Part shown: positions 60,060 to 64,000 of the stretch, in pieces
How positions within the stretch are numbered: the stretch's first letter is position 1
How the letters are laid out: each line of letters opens with the position of its first letter
Assembly: GCA_963824985.1 (NCBI GenBank)
Contig: CAWGRQ010000002.1
Coordinates: 582 to 64,581, forward strand
DNA from: Terriglobia bacterium
GTDB lineage: Bacteria; Acidobacteriota; UBA6911
Length of the DNA stretch: 64,000 nt
Direction: 5' to 3'
Notes under the pieces: generated by a model
What the model was told of the DNA's origin: nothing
The model's input: the letters and a program-made list of their open reading frames with translations, nothing else
Database searches by the model: none
Made by a program: the position numbers and the translations under genes

Positions 60060-61028
60060 GATTAATCGCTCCTAACGACAATTATCCTGAACCAATCCAA
60101 AACCAGCCTTGGCTGAGGTTCGGGACGCTTCCCCCAGTTCAGGCCCTGCCCCACGATACGTGGCTCGTTGGCATCGATTGATAAGCGAGCCCAATCGGCT
60201 AACGCAACCGCCGGGTGACCGGCGCTTTCGAATCATCGATTCCGATCCGCTCAGTGCACATGTGCCTGTTCAAAAGCGGACGTGCAGATGCCGGTGCGCA
60301 ACGCTATCCGACAGGGCACGGACGGCAGGATCTCCATACGCGGCGCTGGCATCGCGCATCTGCGCAATCCGACGGTCTCATTGGAGGCATCTATGCCCCT
60401 GAACACCTCGCCGCTCGATCCGAACCCGAATCGCAGTGTGGTTCTAGGTCCCGTTCAAAACGACCTCCCTTACCCAATATACCTCCAATCCGAGGAGCCT
60501 GGAGCATTCGGCATCCCATCCCACCGTGTTCCCCCTTAGTGTTTGGCACACAAGAGAATGACCTCATCTGATGGTTCGCTGGCAATGGTAATTGCTACTT
60601 TCAAATCGGACTCGATGGCCCGGCGCATACCAATTATACCTCCCTGAACCTAGACGGAACATTGGGAATTGCAGGAAAGCATCCCGCTCTACGCACCAAA
60701 ATGCCAGACGGGGGCGGAGTGTCGTTGCCGGCATCCCTCTCTCCGCTTGGTTGCAGGAACATGAGCGGTTTCCTGCACGCACCTCACGAGGATGCGCGAC
60801 GGAGCGGCCAGCGTGAGATGTCAAATATGGTCAGGCCGCTTCGCGGTAATAGTACCGCAGCATGCCGCCCCGTCGCTCGCGGCACACGACTTCCCCTGTG
60901 GTGAAGCCCACTTCACCCTGGAAGCGGTGGCAAGCTGCTGACTCCCCCTTCCAGTTGAGCCCGCATTTCCTGGGTTCCGATTTGGCGCTTCCCATGGTGT
61001 GGTAGACTAATGATTTCATGAGGAGACC

Positions 61029-62084
61029 ATGATACGGACCATTGAGTGGCGGGATAGCGAAGTGATCATGCTCGACCAGCGCCTGTTGCCGCTGCAGGAG
61101 GTATACCGTGCCTGTTCCGGGTATCAGGAGGTGGCGGAAGCGATTCGATCCATGGTGATCCGCGGCGCGCCCGCCATCGGCGTTGCCGCCGCCATGGGTG
61201 TGGCTCTGGGTGTCGAAAAGGCCGCCGCAACCACCGTCGAGGAACTCGATCCGCAGTTTGAGTCGCTCTGCGGCACGCTCGCCGCGGCGCGCCCGACTGC
61301 GGTCAACCTCTTCTGGGCTATTGAGCGCATGAAACGCGTCTACCGGGAGACTCGGGCTGCCGGAGTCAGCGCGGTGCGCGGCGCTCTGAAACACGAAGCC
61401 CTGGCCATGCATGAAGAGGACATTCGAGCTAACCGGGACATGGGAAAACATGGCCAGCCGCTGATTCCCGACGGCGCCAGCATCCTGACGCACTGCAATG
61501 CCGGCGCGCTCGCCACGGCAGGCTATGGCACAGCCCTGGGTGTCATCCGGGCGGCCGTTGAGGCCGGCAAGCAGGTTCAGGTGTATGCCGATGAAACCCG
61601 ACCCTTTTTGCAGGGCGCCCGGCTGACCGCCTGGGAATTGCAGCAGGACCATATCCCGGTCACCGTAATTACCGACGGCATGGCGGGTCACTTCATGCGC
61701 CTGGGGAAGATCGACTGCGTCATCGTGGGCGCCGACCGGATTGCAGCCAATGGCGATGTGGCCAACAAGATCGGAACCTACTCCGTGGCCGTGCTGGCCA
61801 AGGAGAATGGCTTACCGTTCTATGTCGCGGCGCCGACGTCGACCTTCGACCTGACGCTCCCGGATGGCAGCTGCATTCCGATCGAAGAACGTGATCCGGA
61901 GGAAGTGCGCACGTTTCAGGGGATCCCGGTGACCGCGCCTCACACTCAAGTCGCCAACCCCGCGTTCGATGTGACGCCGAACCGCTACGTGGCGGCCATC
62001 ATCACCGAACGGGGCGTGGCGCGCCCCCCCTACGGTCCGAGCCTGAAAGCGCTCGCGGATGCTCTGCCTGAACGGAAGGGTTGA
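61029..62084 (+). CDS. mtnA: S-methyl-5-thioribose-1-phosphate isomerase
   Basis: [44 protein letters not shown] and [10 protein letters not shown]. Confidence 0.96.
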   Translation: MIRTIEWRDSEVIMLDQRLLPLQEVYRACSGYQEVAEAIRSMVIRGAPAIGVAAAMGVALGVEKAAATTVEELDPQFESLCGTLAAARPTAVNLFWAIERMKRVYRETRAAGVSAVRGALKHEALAMHEEDIRANRDMGKHGQPLIPDGASILTHCNAGALATAGYGTALGVIRAAVEAGKQVQVYADETRPFLQGARLTAWELQQDHIPVTVITDGMAGHFMRLGKIDCVIVGADRIAANGDVANKIGTYSVAVLAKENGLPFYVAAPTSTFDLTLPDGSCIPIEERDPEEVRTFQGIPVTAPHTQVANPAFDVTPNRYVAAIITERGVARPPYGPSLKALADALPERKG

Positions 62085-62085
62085 G

Positions 62086-63115
62086 ATGCTGGTACTTGGA
62101 ATCGAGTCATCCTGCGATGAAACCGCGGCCGCGCTGGTCGAGGACGGCCGCATCGTTCACTCCAACGTTGTCGCCTCGCAAGTGAAGACTCACGCCGGCT
62201 TCGGAGGCGTGGTTCCCGAACTGGCCAGCCGGGAACACCTGCGCAATATCGGCTTTGTCGTCCGGAAAGCATTCGATGATGCCGGCAGGAAATACAACGG
62301 GATTGACGGCATTGCCGTGACCCAGGGCCCGGGGCTCATCGGATCCCTCCTGGTCGGGCTCTCGTTCGCCAAAGCCATGGCATTTGCCTTGAATAAGCCG
62401 CTGGTGGCCGTCAACCACATCGAAGGCCACATCTATTCCGCATTTGTCGAACATCCCGGGATCGCATACCCGTTCCTGGCCCTGGCGGTTTCCGGCGGAC
62501 ACACCTCGCTGATCTTTTCTCCGGAGCCGGAACGCTACCAGGCGGTCGCCCGAACCCGCGACGACGCAGCCGGGGAAGCTCTCGACAAGCTGGCGAAGTT
62601 TCTCGGCCTGGGATATCCGGGCGGACCCATTATCGATCGCCTGGCGCCGCAGGGATTGGCGCGCAGCTTTCACTTTTCCATTCCCAAGATCAGCGACGGC
62701 AGCCTCGACTTCAGTTTCAGCGGTTTCAAGACCGCGGCGCTGAGGCACATCGAGCAGGCCGGGATAAGGCCCTGCAGGCCGGGGAAGCCCATACCGCAAG
62801 AAGTCCTCAACCTGCTGGCCAGCTATCAGCAGGCCATCATCGATACCCTGGTCGCGCAGACGCGCAAGGCGGTTGCAGCGCCACCGGCCGCGATCCGTCC
62901 TCCTGGTCGGGGGCGTGGCGTGCAACAGCATGTTGCGCAGGACTTTCACCGAGGCGTTCGCAGGGGGAGCGGGTGCCTGCAGTGTTTATTACCCCAGCCC
63001 GTCCCTGACCACCGACAACGCCGCCATGATCGCCTCCGCCGGAGTTCCAAAATTGCGCCGGGGCGCGACCGCCGGGCTGGACCTCAATGCTTATGCCGAC
63101 CTTCCGCTCTGCTGA
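62086..63115 (+). CDS. tsaD: tRNA N6-adenosine threonylcarbamoyltransferase, frameshift near 62880
   Basis: [33 protein letters not shown] and DDAAGEA; GGVACN and TDNAAMIA are in a second frame. Confidence 0.94.
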
Positions 63116-63544
63116 ACCCGGCTACTTCTGCACCGGGGGCTGATACGGGATCCCGAGCTGTTCGAGATATGTCTTGGTGCTTGCCGGGTTAAAGGACGAT
63201 TCGAGAGAGTCTTGCTTCTCGCAGCATCGGAGTCGAGTGCGAGAGATCAGCCAGATCCTCCACGACACTGGCGGCCTGCAGTTGATGCAGGATGTGTGGG
63301 GGGAGCTCCATGTCCGAAGAGCCAGCGACAAGGACGACCTGACGGATGTGTGGGCCGGCATTGGCGACTGGCAGCCCTGACGAGTATACGTGGAATAGGG
63401 AGACGCCCCCCATTCAGAGGCTCTGTCTCATTCCCCAAGTGTTGAGAGCAGCCGGATCCCGGCTGAAATTTCGATAGTACTCGGCAGGGGGTATCGGCTA
63501 TTGTCCAACTGACATGGTCCAGCCGGACAAGCGGAGCGCTGACT

Positions 63545-64000
63545 ATGACCCCTTCGTCGATTCCATGGGGAATGTTCCGGACGTTGCTGCGTCTGCGCTA
63601 TCAGCTGCTTTGGACTCAGTCGCGTTCAAGCGCAGGCAAGGCCGTGTTCTTTATTGCCCTGTATGTCCTCGGCATGCTGGTCTTTCTTTTTCTTGCACTG
63701 GGCGGTCTCTCTGCAGCTTTGGCCGCCGTGCACTCGGGCCGCGGATTGCAGGTGGCCCGCGGAATTCTCGCCGGCGTTTTGGTTTCAGGTCTGGTGACCG
63801 GACTCGCACTTGGCGCCGGGCCCAGGGCCGCCTTTTCCGATGGTGTTCTTCGCCGGTACCCGATGACGTCGAAGGAGCGTCTGGCCGCGCGTCACATGAT
63901 CGGATTGCTGGATCCGATCTGGCCGCTGCTCCTGGCCGTAACCGCCGGCCTCGCTGCAGGGTTTGCGATCGGGAATCCATGGTGGCTGCTGGTCGGGTTG
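63545..64000 (+). CDS. Hypothetical multi-pass membrane protein, runs off the window
   Basis: Open frame MTPSSIPWGMFRTLLRLRYQLLW..AVFFIALYVLGMLVFLFLALGG..LRRYPM with several hydrophobic segments and no stop before 64000. Confidence 0.65.
   Translation, partial: MTPSSIPWGMFRTLLRLRYQLLWTQSRSSAGKAVFFIALYVLGMLVFLFLALGGLSAALAAVHSGRGLQVARGILAGVLVSGLVTGLALGAGPRAAFSDGVLRRYPMTSKERLAARHMIGLLDPIWPLLLAVTAGLAAGFAIGNPWWLLVGL

Noticed and set aside
60060-60085. GTTAGG before the VWA gene as an integron cassette boundary
   Set aside because: There is no attC-like palindrome downstream and no integrase. AGGAG is simply the RBS.
60600-60675. Possible IS1380-like end (TGGGAATTGCAGG)
   Set aside because: No partner repeat or transposase remnant was found by eye.

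Overview
This window probably joins DNA from two organisms. Bases 1 to about 4100 are higher in GC and carry a 5'-truncated mfd, a PrsA-like foldase and mazG, an order typical of monoderms such as Thermoleophilia and Firmicutes. From about 4100 onward the DNA is from a diderm, most likely an Acidobacterium (inferred from gene content). That part carries rnr, a Mut7-C RNase and gatB; a decayed toxin-antitoxin patch; a GH39/GH31/GH27/S9 hydrolase cluster; miaA; a long envelope operon (ribH-nusB-lysS-lolC/E-lolD-clpC-bamA-skp-fabZ-lpxA-lpxI-Gfo/Idh/MocA-tonB-spoIID); an HD-domain protein; a cobalamin-riboswitch btuFCD-receptor operon; a second decayed TA/IS110 patch; a VWA protein; mtnA; and tsaD. 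Several genes, including the normally essential bamA and tsaD, carry frameshifts, which points to sequencing or assembly indels. The most interesting unannotated signals are non-coding. One is a consensus sigma54 promoter placed exactly in front of a ~75-nt hairpin, a candidate sRNA. Another is a four-copy MITE family with IS66-like ends, 8-bp target duplications and a covarying 32-bp internal stem. There is also a second MITE with a TAA duplication that interrupts a small gene, and a two-copy palindromic element whose central loop is inverted between copies. No CRISPR array, tRNA or rRNA was seen. All calls are from reading the sequence; no searches were run.
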